The position numbers were made by a program, and so were the translations under genes. DNA of 63,848 nt, counting the filler, from Salisapilia sapeloensis CBS 127946 (lineage: Eukaryota > Protista > Oomycota), in assembly GCA_023334545.1 (NCBI GenBank). It is 10 parts of 10 records of this genome, joined end to end, with 100 filler letters (N's around TTAATTAATTAA, not from the genome) between each part and the next. Parts side by side here need not be neighbours in the genome. Positions count along the whole stretch, not along the records: positions 1 to 3,686 come from JAADVB010000730.1; positions 3,787 to 14,961 come from JAADVB010000434.1; 8 more parts are not named here. One strand, 5' to 3'. The notes beneath the pieces are model-generated. The model saw only the letters and a list, made by a program, of their open reading frames with translations, did no database searches and was not told the DNA's origin. Shown here piece after piece: positions 1 through 10,850 of the stretch (within the stretch, counting starts at the first letter, position 1; each line of letters begins with the position of its first letter).

Positions 1-1078
1 CTTTCTCGCTTCGTTCCAAACTTAGCTGGGCTCAGATGCTGCGCCCTAGCAGCCCTGCGTGCGCTGGTATGAAAGTTTGGGTTGGCATCGACAGCTTCGG
101 TTTTTTGCTCTCCCGTCCACTCCAAAACAACAGGCGTTCCGGCTCTGAAACACATAGCGTCCTACTTCTCCGATCCCAGGATTTGCTTCTACTGATTGAA
201 GGTAAGGCGTTAGCTAAAACGGGTACTTGGAAAATTTTTGCCGAGCAATAAAACTGTGGACACAAAGTAAGGACGCATCCCGTAGCGAGGACAGCCGGCA
301 CACCTAGCAGAAACGAAGGACCAATTCCGTTGGGGATAGAGGATGAACTCGCACACATGGAGCATTGTGCGTGCCGAATTACCGGTAATGAAACCCTTTT
401 GCATTGACTGGAAGGTCAATGTGAGTCTTGTATCTGATGAATCGACTCAGTACTTCCACTACCACCAGTCAGGTGATGTGCGTGTGACCACTCAAACGAG
501 GAACCCGTCAGCCTTGGGAATGCACATTGCCTCCTCTCACAGAGACTCTTCCTTGCCCGACCTTGTCAATGCATACCGTATCTGTCAGTTGAGCTGTACC
601 GAAGATATGCAATTTGCATCGAGAAGACACCACAAGCAGTCTGATAACACTACGAATTACTTTACCAGAAGTCCGAGGAGAGTGGTATTGATCTTATTCC
701 CTTAAAAGTTACAAAGACGTCTGCAATGAAAGGTTTAGACAGCAAGAGGCGCCCATTGCGATGCAGTTTCGCTGAACTATCATCTAGTTTCATTGTCGTT
801 AGCTATTCGCGCTACGATTTCCACGCATTCGATCAGCATCAATTGACCAGGTACTGTCAAAGCAGATACAGAATAAAGTGCCAGTTCGACAGTCACAGCC
901 TTAGATTGTTCAACTGAATCGTTCACTTTTCTGTCCGAGGTATGTTACCATATCTAGCAGAAGGCGTTCCAAACCCGACAGAAGGATGACATATGAAGCA
1001 CGCCAGCACTGTTTCCCCTCGTATGATCTTCATCTACAAGATTGACACTGCTTTTGTCATTATCAAATCAGCAGAAAC

Positions 1079-2589
1079 ATGACAACGCTGTGGGGAGCAG
1101 ATGCATACGAAGGCTTCTACCTCTCGGACGTAAAGAAGGCTGATTGCAAGCGCATCGCGATGATTCTTGTCCATGAAGCGCTTCGGCATTATCAAAAGTT
1201 TGATCGCTCAGTACCTCGCAAGATGGACGACCATCGTTGGAAACCTATTAAGACATCAAACAATGTGACCATGTACCGTGAGTGGCATCCGGCTCGACGT
1301 GTGGTGAGAGACTCATACAATGATGATGCAGAATATCAAATGCCTCATGTCATCGTCGGCAATGGGACCATCTCAAACAATCTTCATGATCTCTTGTTCG
1401 GTCTCGTAAATGGAGACCAGGAAGCACTTTTGCAAAGTGTGACCTACTCCGGACAGCTCGTGTCAAATGCCCAGATCCTCTCGACAATTGAAAAGTCAAC
1501 TTTGGAACACCCACATCGTTGCACTGTTCTCTAATGGCATGCTGCTACTCCAAGCCCAGCACTACGAGGGGTCGTCAAAGATCGAGATGCCATCTACATT
1601 CGAGCAACTGGAATCCTCCAAGCCGATAAAAACGAGCGCACCGGATACAATATCATGCATTCAGTCGACTTGCCGTCTACTTATGCGCTTAAAGGAAGAG
1701 GCATCAAACGATCCCGTGGCTCATCTTGTGTGCTTTTCAAGCCCGTTGCAGATCAATCGGTTGGAGTGTTCGTAAAATTATATTATGAAGTATTTCAAGC
1801 AACCTTCTCGACTCTATCGCTGTGGTCGATTTGGCCAATGGACTCATGGACACTTAGAAATCTGGTCAGTGTACAAAAATGAAGAAACCCCCATGACCCC
1901 TTCAAAGAAAAAAATGTGAAAAATGAGGAAGTAATGAGCTTTATTGGCAAGAGCAAAGCTGACGATAAGTCGGGATGTGGAAACTGCAAAAAGCGCTTTG
2001 GTATCTTACGGAAAGCGCATCCTTCTACGCTGTGCGAAGCATCTACCCTTGGGAAATGTGCTCTATCCATGTTTTACTCGAGGCCATATCGAATTGAAGC
2101 TAATGCGAAGCAAGTTCGCTTCAACCCAGCTAGCGATCGACTTGTTAGTCGAGTCAATTCGTACGATGTAGCTCGGCAAGAAATTATCGCTGGAGGGTAT
2201 GAAGAAGATGGCAGTGGACCCACCGTCGTTGAGCCTTCCAGAATCTCTCAGCTGACAGAAGAATAAAATACATGACAGGCAATGCAACTTGTGCTGAAGT
2301 CTACGAGTTTAACTCAGATCAGTGTAATCCTTCGATCGAAGGCTTATTAAGCGCTTTTGCCCAACTGATATTGTCTGATGACAACACTCAGGTTATCGAG
2401 TACAAGCAGATGTCTTCCGATGAAGACGCCTCCGCACACGGAGGTGGGGATGGCGAAGACGAGTTGGGCACGATGATTGGAAACGTATGGAGGGGTAGCA
2501 CCTCGGATCTTGATCTAAACGATCAAGGGCGTGGCCGGCAGCTGGCGTGGCTGAAGATGACTGAGCTGCGACTCCGACAGGACGACTAG
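1079..2589 (+). pseudogene. Disrupted START-like + FYVE-like domain gene of the oomycete-expanded family
   Basis: START-like sequence (RWKPIKTSNNVTMYRE...IMHSVDLP) reads through an in-frame TAA at 1532-1534 (CTVL*WHAATP, where the family has KW). There is a frameshift near 1790, a TAG at 1855-1857 (T*KSGQCTKMKK), further frame changes, and a degenerate FYVE segment (CGNCKKRFGILRKAHPSTLCEA) that has lost Cys ligands. Confidence 0.75.
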
Positions 2590-3686
2590 ACCATTGATGG
2601 GCCCACGGAAGGGAAGCGAAAAGTGATGCCTGTGTTTTGTGAATTTGGAATAAAAAAACGCACTTATTGACGGTAGGCTTAGCTCATATAACTTTTAAAC
2701 ACGACAAAAGTTATTTCTGGAATTCCAAGAGCATGGTTTCTCTTGGTATTTTGAGGTACGCCACTATTATACTTCGAAGAAGCATAATCTGGTCGCGAAG
2801 GCACTGATTACATGACGAACGAACCTATAGCTGACAATGGTTTGTTCATTCTCTACTATCAATTCGTATTCGTAGATTGAATACGGAAAACTACTTCTGA
2901 AGTCGCCGCTACTCGACGAGTACATCATGTCGATTTCAAGTTCTTAGGAAGGATACGATAGTAGCCAATGTATCTCTGAATATGACTAGAGGTTTACTTT
3001 TGCATGTAAACACCCACCCGAGATCAGTATGTGAAATACGCCTGGCGCAAAAACGAATCACAGGAAAACGGTAAGAGTTCAGACCAGTATCCATAGCCAG
3101 CGCTAATGGGTGCTCCGCTCGCGGATGGGCTCCCCATCTCAGTGGTCATATGTGCGGTGCATTGTGGAAACAAGCAGTGGAAAGTTGCTCCACCAGCCAC
3201 TAGGCTTCAAATTTGTTTTCAGTGGATGCGAAAGGGTTGCACTGCCGATAGCTTGGCACGCATACTACTCCATGCTCACGACTTTGCCATCTATGCTCTA
3301 CAGATTCGGTGCATCATTTCCGCTAGGGGCTCTCGCTGTCCCTGAAAGGTACGTGCTCACTCGTCCCGACACTTCACTTTTCAATAAAACTTTCTTTACG
3401 CATTCACTTGTGCCAATTTTTCAAAATTAAGTATGCGCGTACACAGCAATGAGCGCTCGTCTACATGGAGGAGTCAAATGCATGCTAAACCTCGTTGTGT
3501 TTGCTTGTGGCACAATTGCTGAGTAACCGAACGGGTTCAAGTTACCAACACCAAGTCCATATTGCCAGGAGAAGGGCTAGTGTTCTGATTGGAACGTCCT
3601 CTCACATGCATTCTCCACCTGCGACTGTCCACGTAAGACACAGAGTTGTCCGCATCGGCGGAGAGAGATTAGACAACGCGCTTAGC

Positions 3687-3786
3687 NNNNNNNNNNNNNN
3701 NNNNNNNNNNNNNNNNNNNNNNNNNNNNNNTTAATTAATTAANNNNNNNNNNNNNNNNNNNNNNNNNNNNNNNNNNNNNNNNNNNN
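3687..3786. other. Artificial contig-joining spacer N44-TTAATTAATTAA-N44
   Basis: An identical 100-nt spacer recurs at 14962-15061, 16940-17039, 27801-27900, 49316-49415, 57192-57291, 60077-60176, 61320-61419 and 62600-62699. The 12-mer has stops in all six frames. Confidence 0.98.
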
Positions 3787-4334
3787 TCCAGTGTGCATGC
3801 ATCACAGTCGTTATCTTTTATAGTTTTGGCCGTTGAGACCAAACCGGAGCGTATATATCATCGGTTCGAAGAGATGTTCGTGTGCTAATGTGTCCGAATT
3901 CCGTCGATAAAGACCACGGCCAACAGCATCTCGTCGATCGCGTCCAACGTGAAAAGACTATCTTTTTGATTGACCAAAAGATCTTTTTCTTGCATCTATC
4001 TTTACAATGAATACCGACGGCTTGGCGTGGAATAGAGCCCTAGTAGGTGCCGTGTAGATGGTCAAGAAGCATATAAATCTACTCAATGTGCGCTAGAGAT
4101 ACTATAGGCCAGCGTTGAAGACCGGTGACAAGTGCGAAAGAAAACGAAACATGAAGTGTATGTTGGTTGAGCAGTCAGTCGGGGATTATGCGAAGCAAAG
4201 TATGAAGCATGAGAATGAGCATGTGCAAACTGTGATCGGTATGATGCCTTGAAAAACTCCATTTTTTCAAATCGACGAAAAAGTTAGTTGATATCGACGG
4301 GCATATCGATGTAGGCCTAATTTGCTTCGACAAA

Positions 4335-4860
4335 GTCATCTATATGTTGCAATTTCCACACCATGCATGCTACAGCGATCATGGCAATGGAATCGCTAAT
4401 TGTAGCAGATGATGAAGCATCAGGGGCAAGTTCGATCAAGAATAGGAAGCTGCATCTCCATTGGCAGTACAGATCACTCGTATTTATATGCCTAGGGTGG
4501 ATGGACAGCTGTATCGAATGCTTCTGTTAGGTCTCTAGTGACAAAGCAAAGTCGACTACTCTTAGCGAACCCAGAGCTTGCTCGATTTGGTTATCATGAA
4601 CAAGATTACAAAATGCGCTTCCCCAATTTCTCTGAATATTGATTCAGCGCGAACAAAGCCTTGACTTATATCTCAGCCATCCGTTCATCATCGTAGGGTA
4701 GAGACGCCGATCTTGAATCTTCATCTATACCTTGGTACAAGCAGATTAGAGCAAAATGACTTCTGATGCATCGACTAGCAGTATTTCCTCTTCTTAATTT
4801 GTCTCGTAGGATGGATGTTCCTTTCATGATGGTACATGTTGTCTCACCAAAAGTTATCAT
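4335..4860 (-). mobile_element. Heavily decayed non-LTR retrotransposon reverse-transcriptase relic
   Basis: Minus-strand fragments appear in RT motif order: ALICLYQG (~4731-4749), FVTRDLTEAFDTAVH (~4501-4545, cf. D-x-x-KAFD) and LQHIDDFV (~4335-4350, cf. YADD). Many stops intervene, and the spacing to the YADD-like motif is shorter than expected. Confidence 0.4.
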
Positions 4861-5399
4861 GACATGACGATGGCATAAGGAGTCAGGTCGTTGTCACTGA
4901 ACGAGCTAAGCCATCTAGACACCTTTGCTATGACTTGCTGATATACGGACCCCATAGTTACTTCCCAGGACCATCATAGATTTCAACTTGTATGTGACAA
5001 ATCTTGGACTGGTTCTTCTATACGAAGAAGCGTGAGCTTGAAAACTGTCCATTATGCTAGATAGTAGCATTTAGACTGCTTTCTTGTCTAGCCATACCAC
5101 CGATTTAGTCTATTTTCTCTAGGGACGTCAAACAGCTTTATGATAGGGATTGCTCAGTCGAGTATTTGGCATTTTGGTTGTCATTGGTTTTTTAACAAAT
5201 AATTATATCTAGATTAATCCTTTGGAGCCCTGAACGGATTCCCCTGTCTCGTGGACAGGTGTGATACTAATGGTCATTGCCGCCATGGCACCTGACGGAT
5301 TACCCAGGATATATCCCGGTGGCTTGCCGTCGCTAGTCGATATTGCCCGTTCCATCGCGGACTAGGTCCGGTGGCTTCAAGTTGTCCAGTTGCCTTTCT

Positions 5400-5900
5400 C
5401 CAGATTATCAATGTTGCTATGCGTCCATTCTGTTCGTCGGAGCGATATATGCGGTCATTCCGTTGTAATCAACATTGCGCTGCTATTATTGTGCATCCAG
5501 CTTTCCATATATGTGCCAGGGCTTTAAAGTGTTCTGGCATTAACATTCCTGCATATTCCTTTATTGTTCGCACCAGTTCCTTTGAAGGTGGCGGTAACTG
5601 TTGCTGTCAAATGAGATGGTGCGCGGTGGCCTGGTCCCTTATCGTGTTCAAATGCACACCCCATACCCTGCACCAATGCTGCCGTACCGGTTCGATTACC
5701 CTACATGACCAGAAGAGGTGAATGCTAGTTTCCACTTTCTGTTTGCATGTATCATATCGACACTTCCACGGGCCCTGTTCGTCTTTGTAGTGGAGATTGA
5801 GTCGGTGATGAGATAGTTGAAGCCAGAACCACTGCTGGTAACCCGTTGTTCCAATCGGTGCCTTCCAAACTTCTTTAGCGTCTTGACCTCTCAAAGCCGA
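5400..5900 (-). mobile_element. Decayed L1/Tx1-type LINE ORF2 C-terminus (zf-RVT zinc-binding region)
   Basis: KCRYDTCKQKVETSIHLFWSCRVIEPVRQHW matches the C-x-C...ET-x-x-HLF-x-x-C...W pattern. It is followed by LAHIWKAGCTIIAAQC*LQRNDRIYR (cf. W-x-x-RN-x-RIF) with an in-frame stop. Confidence 0.7.
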
Positions 5901-6092
5901 AGCATCGGACTTCGTTCTGCTAATTTATCCGTTCTCTGGAACAATTCCTGATGTGCTATTTTGGTTGTCATTGAACTTGTGGAAACTTGGAGGACTGCTT
6001 ACTATCTCACTTCAATCAAACTTCAAGTTAGTTTTCCATCTAACTTGGTAACAGCTCACAGCCACAGCCGAGGAGCACATTTGCAAATCCTA

Positions 6093-7936
6093 ATGAGCCT
6101 TCTTCCTCCCTTTACCTGCGCCCACGTGGTAGTTCAGAGCAAAAATCTCCAGTTTCCGTCTCTTGTCGATGACGTAGCTGAGTACATGACTGCCTTCCTT
6201 GATCCATCTCCTAGTAAACGCATTTTAAAAGCGAGTAGATATGACTCGACTCATCTTCTCCAGAGATGGTGCGCCCTCGTCAAGTGTTCTGTCTTTCGTG
6301 GCGAGTGGAAGGATGCAGTCACCAGTGCTGCTACAAGTGGTCGTTTTAACACCGTCACTACTCTCAATTCCTTCCGTCCAGACAGGTACTTCCCGTTGAA
6401 AGCACTAGAAGCCGCTGCAGCCCAAGGGCATTTGACTTTAGACCAATGGATGTATGCCAATCGACCGTATGCGTTGTTTAACTGCCCATGCATCCACGGC
6501 GCAGCTGAAGGAGGCTATCTACAAACAATTCAGTGGCTCCATTCGCTTGGAGTTGACGGCGACGATGGTGGTGCCACCCGCCTTGTGATGGGCAATGTTT
6601 GCACTGGAGGCCACCTGGAGGTAGTCCAATGGCTCCACCGAAATCGAAGTGAAGGGTGTACGACGGGTGCTATGGATGGAGCTGCAGCGAGCGGTCATTT
6701 GCATGTATTGGAGTGGCTGGAAGAAAACTGAGAGGAAGGATTTACAATTGAAGCTATGAAAGGAGCAGCTCTTAATGACCACATCCACACCCTCGAGTGG
6801 TTATGCATCCGAGAGAGGAAAGAAGACTATTCAACGTCAGTTGAAATGCTTGAACTGGCCGCTTAGAACGGTCATATAGAAACAATCAACTGGCTGTTGG
6901 CTCATTGAGAGGAAAAGCTGGTAGGCTCAGAGGTGATCGAGGAGGCGAGATCGAAAAATCAGTTGGAGACCGTCCAATTCCTCTTTGAGCAAGTGTTCTT
7001 ACCCAGGCAAAAGGAAGCGATGAAGAAGTTGTTGGGTAGAAGACAATGGAGGACCGGCGTGAACGTACTGCGTTGGCTGTTGTCCAAGACTTGTCCTCCG
7101 CTTCATTCTGAATATCCGGGTGTGAATACAGAGAAAGTGAGAGGTGCAGCCATACGAGATTCTGACATCGAAACAATTTCTCTCCTTTTACAGACAAAAA
7201 AGCATAAGCGAGCTCTTGTGCTATAGAAGCCGCTAACTATGGCCATTTTGAGATGGTCCAGTTTCTCCTAGAAACGGGAGGTGTCCGTTCGACCGAACGG
7301 ATTATGGACACAGCAGCAGCCTACGGACACATGCACGTCGTCAAGTCACTGCATGAGAACCGAGATGACGGATGTACTAGCAAGGCGATGGACTCGGCAG
7401 CGGCTCATGGCCATCTTTCAATGGTCAAGTGGCTGCATGCACATCGAAGTGAAGGGTGTGCGGGCGCTGCCATGGATGAAGCATGCTGCTTTGGACATTT
7501 ATCGATCGTTAAGTGGTTGCATGAGCATCGATCGGAAGGATGTAGTGAACAAGCAATGGATGATGCAGCTGCAAATGGCAATCTCGACATAGTCCAGTTC
7601 TTACATGAACACCGGACGGAAGGGTGCTCTACTGCAGCGATGAGAGACGCGAGCGCAAACGGGTATTTAGATGTCGTCCAGTGGTTGCACGAAAATCGAT
7701 CCGAGGGATGCGACACACAAGCGATGGACGATGCCATCGGAAATGGGCATATTGACGTCGCCAAGTTCCTCCATGAGAATCGGACGGAAGGACACTCGGA
7801 GGATGCCATTGATACGGCAGCCGCTCGTGACCATTTGAATACGCTAATCTATCTCTATCGCAACGGACCAGAGGAATATTGGACAAGAATAGTTGAAGCG
7901 AGTTGGAGGGAGGGTCAAGATGAAGCAAGTCGATAG
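6093..7936 (+). pseudogene. Ankyrin-repeat gene of the oomycete AAxxGHLxVVxWLHxNRSEGC family, pseudogenised
   Basis: More than 10 repeats of the GHLxVVxWLHxxRxEGCxxxAMDxAA type. In-frame stops occur at 6729-6731 (TGA), 6864-6866 (TAG) and 6906-6908 (TGA), with a frameshift near 7200-7226 before the 7253-7936 ORF. Confidence 0.8.
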
Positions 7937-8389
7937 TTCAAGAAGCATAACCCGGACTTTGACCAAGATGAGGACTGTCGGTGAGAGATGCGGTCGAGTT
8001 AGAGGTGTCGTCGAGAATGAGGTCCTGGACAAATGACCGAGAGAAGACCAGAGTAGTTTAATTTTTGAATCGAGAATGCTTTTTTACTTCGTACTGTGTC
8101 TAGTCGAGTGGATTTCTTCCACTACTTTCAAGTAGATCATACAGATGAGCATCCTGTCTGCATCAGAACCATGAAGCAGCATATCATCATCATACCGTTC
8201 TGATGTCAAATTCTATAAAGACTCGCTGCTCGAAAGATGAAATGCCTTCTCACAGCAAGGCTAAAGTACCATTTCGGTTTACCTTGGTTGAGGAACTTTT
8301 TAGCGACTTTACGTACACGATGGCAAGAGATAGAAGGTCTATAATTAGCAATCTCTGTCGTTGCGAGGCCACGACTAGTTATCCGAAGC

Positions 8390-9638
8390 ATGCAAAAGCT
8401 AACGCATGTCGAGTCCGAGCGGCTCATGGCCGTCATGAGCGACTTGCTGGACAGACTCAACTACCTCACCTACGTTCCTACGAGTTATAGCGACAGTCTA
8501 TCTAGTATTCTACAGTCCAACCGATGTCAATCCACTGCCGATCTCTTACATCGAGTATGGGAAGCGGATAAAGTATGCTTTTCATCGCCCGAGAACGGGT
8601 ACGAAACAAATCAAACGGAAGGACTCGATCATGTCGTGTCCAGTGCACGGTCACTGTGTCGAAACCTGCGTGAGAACCCCGTGGCGGTGGAGCTTCTTTT
8701 CCAGCACGGAACGACTCCTGCCGACAGATCCAATGACCTCGTGTGCCTCATCAAGTCTCTCCTAGAGCTCACCGACTTGACGCATATGCAGCTCGAGAAA
8801 ACCGTCGAGGATGCTCGATCCAAGACGGAGCTTTTGGGTGTCGCCGAGTCTCGGATGAAGCAGGCCGAAGACGATCGCGTAGGGATACGAAGTAAGCTCC
8901 TGGAACTACGTCGAACTAAAGACGAGGAGAACGCTTTGCTCGAGTCTCAGGTGCAGAAGCTGAGCACTGATCTGCGTCTCGTCCAACAAGCGACTGGTAA
9001 AGAACTGGGTATGATCGATAGCGAGCTACGAGAAGCGCTGAACAAGGCACATGAGATGCACACGGAGGAGATGAAACTCCTGAGTGACAAGCAGACTGCT
9101 TTGGAAGCTCAAAACGTCAAGATGTCGCAGGAGCATCGGGAACAAGAAGATTTGTTAAGAAAGAAAAAGTGTAAGATGGCAGCAGAAGTGAGTGTGATGG
9201 TGGCCAAGTACGACGAAGAGATGAAGACGATGGGCGGTGAAGTGGCAGAGCTCGAGCAAGCACTCGCGGCGGATAAGGCCAAGTGTGATGAACTAAGTGC
9301 GCACTTTGTCAAGGTAGCTGTAGGTTTCCAGACATGTACACAGTCGTTTATTCACTCTCAAAACATAGATTGACGAAGAGCAAGCACGAATCGACGCGGA
9401 GGAACGAGTTCTAGAGGAGATGCGAGAGCGAGAGCGCGAGAAGCGGCAGGTACGAGCTTTACTAGATGCACATGCCTCTTGTAAATTACTGATCCACCAC
9501 TGGTACTTGTAGTTCGTCCATAACGCTGCCATTCGCATCCAGAAGATCTATCGTGGTCTGGTTGCTCGACGAGAGTACGCCAAGCTCGTGGCGAAGAGCA
9601 AGAAGGGGAAGAAGAAGGGCGGGAAGAAGAAAAAGTAG
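8390..9638 (+). CDS. DRC10: Dynein regulatory complex protein 10 (IQCD-like), 3 exons
   Basis: N-terminus MQKLTHVESERLMAVMSDLLDRLNYL, a long coiled coil, introns from 9314 and ~9450, a C-terminal IQ motif (AAIRIQKIYRGLVARREY) and a Lys-rich tail ending at TAG 9636-9638. Confidence 0.85.
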
Positions 9639-9847
9639 GTGGTACATGCATGGCACTGGGATCAGCTCTAGCTTGTCAATAGCTCTCTTGAATACATACA
9701 TTAAACTGAGACGTTCATAGTGTTCGTGTAAATTAGCGACTGAACAAGTACTCTTGACACGAACATCGTGACGCAGCTGGAGGCCTCGCACTCGACGTCT
9801 TTGCTACTTATTAGATCACGTAGGCTACATCGATTCTAGCTTATACC

Positions 9848-10813
9848 ATGGCAGAAGAATCACGCTTCCAGGTGCTGGAGGAGACGACGCACTACCCGAC
9901 GCCAGCTCCAGTCGACGCTACGGCGGACGAGGTGGAAGAAACAGTGGAGCAAAAGCTCGAAAAGCTGTCATTGGAAGGCGACGCGAAGAGCTACGAGAAC
10001 GCGACGGCTGCCAAAGAGCTCGGCAACAAGTGCGTCTTTAAAATACTATTGTATACTTATGATGCTGACGCACATGATAGGTTATACGTCCAGAAGAGCT
10101 ATTTGGACGCTATCGACTGCTACACGAAAGCTCTCAAGCTCTGTCCTGCAGACGACGAGTACGCTCACGACCGAGTAGGGTTTTGTATACACATCACATA
10201 TGTACTAAACTGACGTGTATTCATTTTACCAGGCAGTCTACTTTAGCAACCGAGCCAACTGCCTCCTTCGACTGGTACCCACTTTTCCATCTACGCTACC
10301 TCCATCCGCCTTCTAAACATGACACCAACAATAGAACCGACCAGAAGAAGTGATCGAAGACGCCACACAGGCCATCGCCCTCTCTCCACAATACGTCAAG
10401 GTGCACACCCTATACATACTAAAGTCACCTATTTCTAAAAACACATCCGTAGCCTCTACTCCGACGCGCCGAGGCCTATGAGAAGCTCGACAAGGAGGAA
10501 GAAGCGCTTAAAGGTGCTCTATCTCCCTTTTCCGATCCTCCATATCCGTCTCTCACCATCCATAGACTACAATACTATTCTGTCCATCGATCCGAGTCTA
10601 AAATCTGCTGCTCAAAAGCAAAAGAAGCTGCAAAAGATAGTCGAAGAGCGGCAGGAAAAGATGAAGGCTGAGATGCTCGACAAGCTCAAGGGCGTCGGGA
10701 ACTCTATCCTGGGCAAGTTCGGCCTCTCGACGGACAACTTTAACATGGTCCAGGACCCCACCACCGGCTCGTACAGCATTAACTTTAATCAAAACCCTCG
10801 CGAGACATCGTAA
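9848..10813 (+). CDS. TTC1: Tetratricopeptide repeat protein 1-like, multi-exon
   Basis: TPR segments (AKELGNK...AIDCYTKAL, YFSNRANCLLRL, LLRRAEAYEKL) and the characteristic C-terminus KMKAEMLDKLKGVGNSILGKFGLSTDNFNMVQDPTTGSYSINF. Confidence 0.9.
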
Positions 10814-10850
10814 TAAACGAATCATTTTAGTCTACTTGGATTCCTCTGTC

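Noticed and set aside
3731-3742. TTAATTAATTAA recurring nine times inside N-runs, like a spaced repeat array
   Set aside because: It is an artificial six-frame-stop linker of fixed geometry (44 N + 12 + 44 N). It is not CRISPR and not genomic, and adjacency across it means nothing.
1532-6908. In-frame TAA/TAG/TGA inside otherwise family-like frames, suggesting stop-codon reassignment
   Set aside because: The same genes also have frameshifts, and intact genes in the window end in TAA, TAG and TGA normally.
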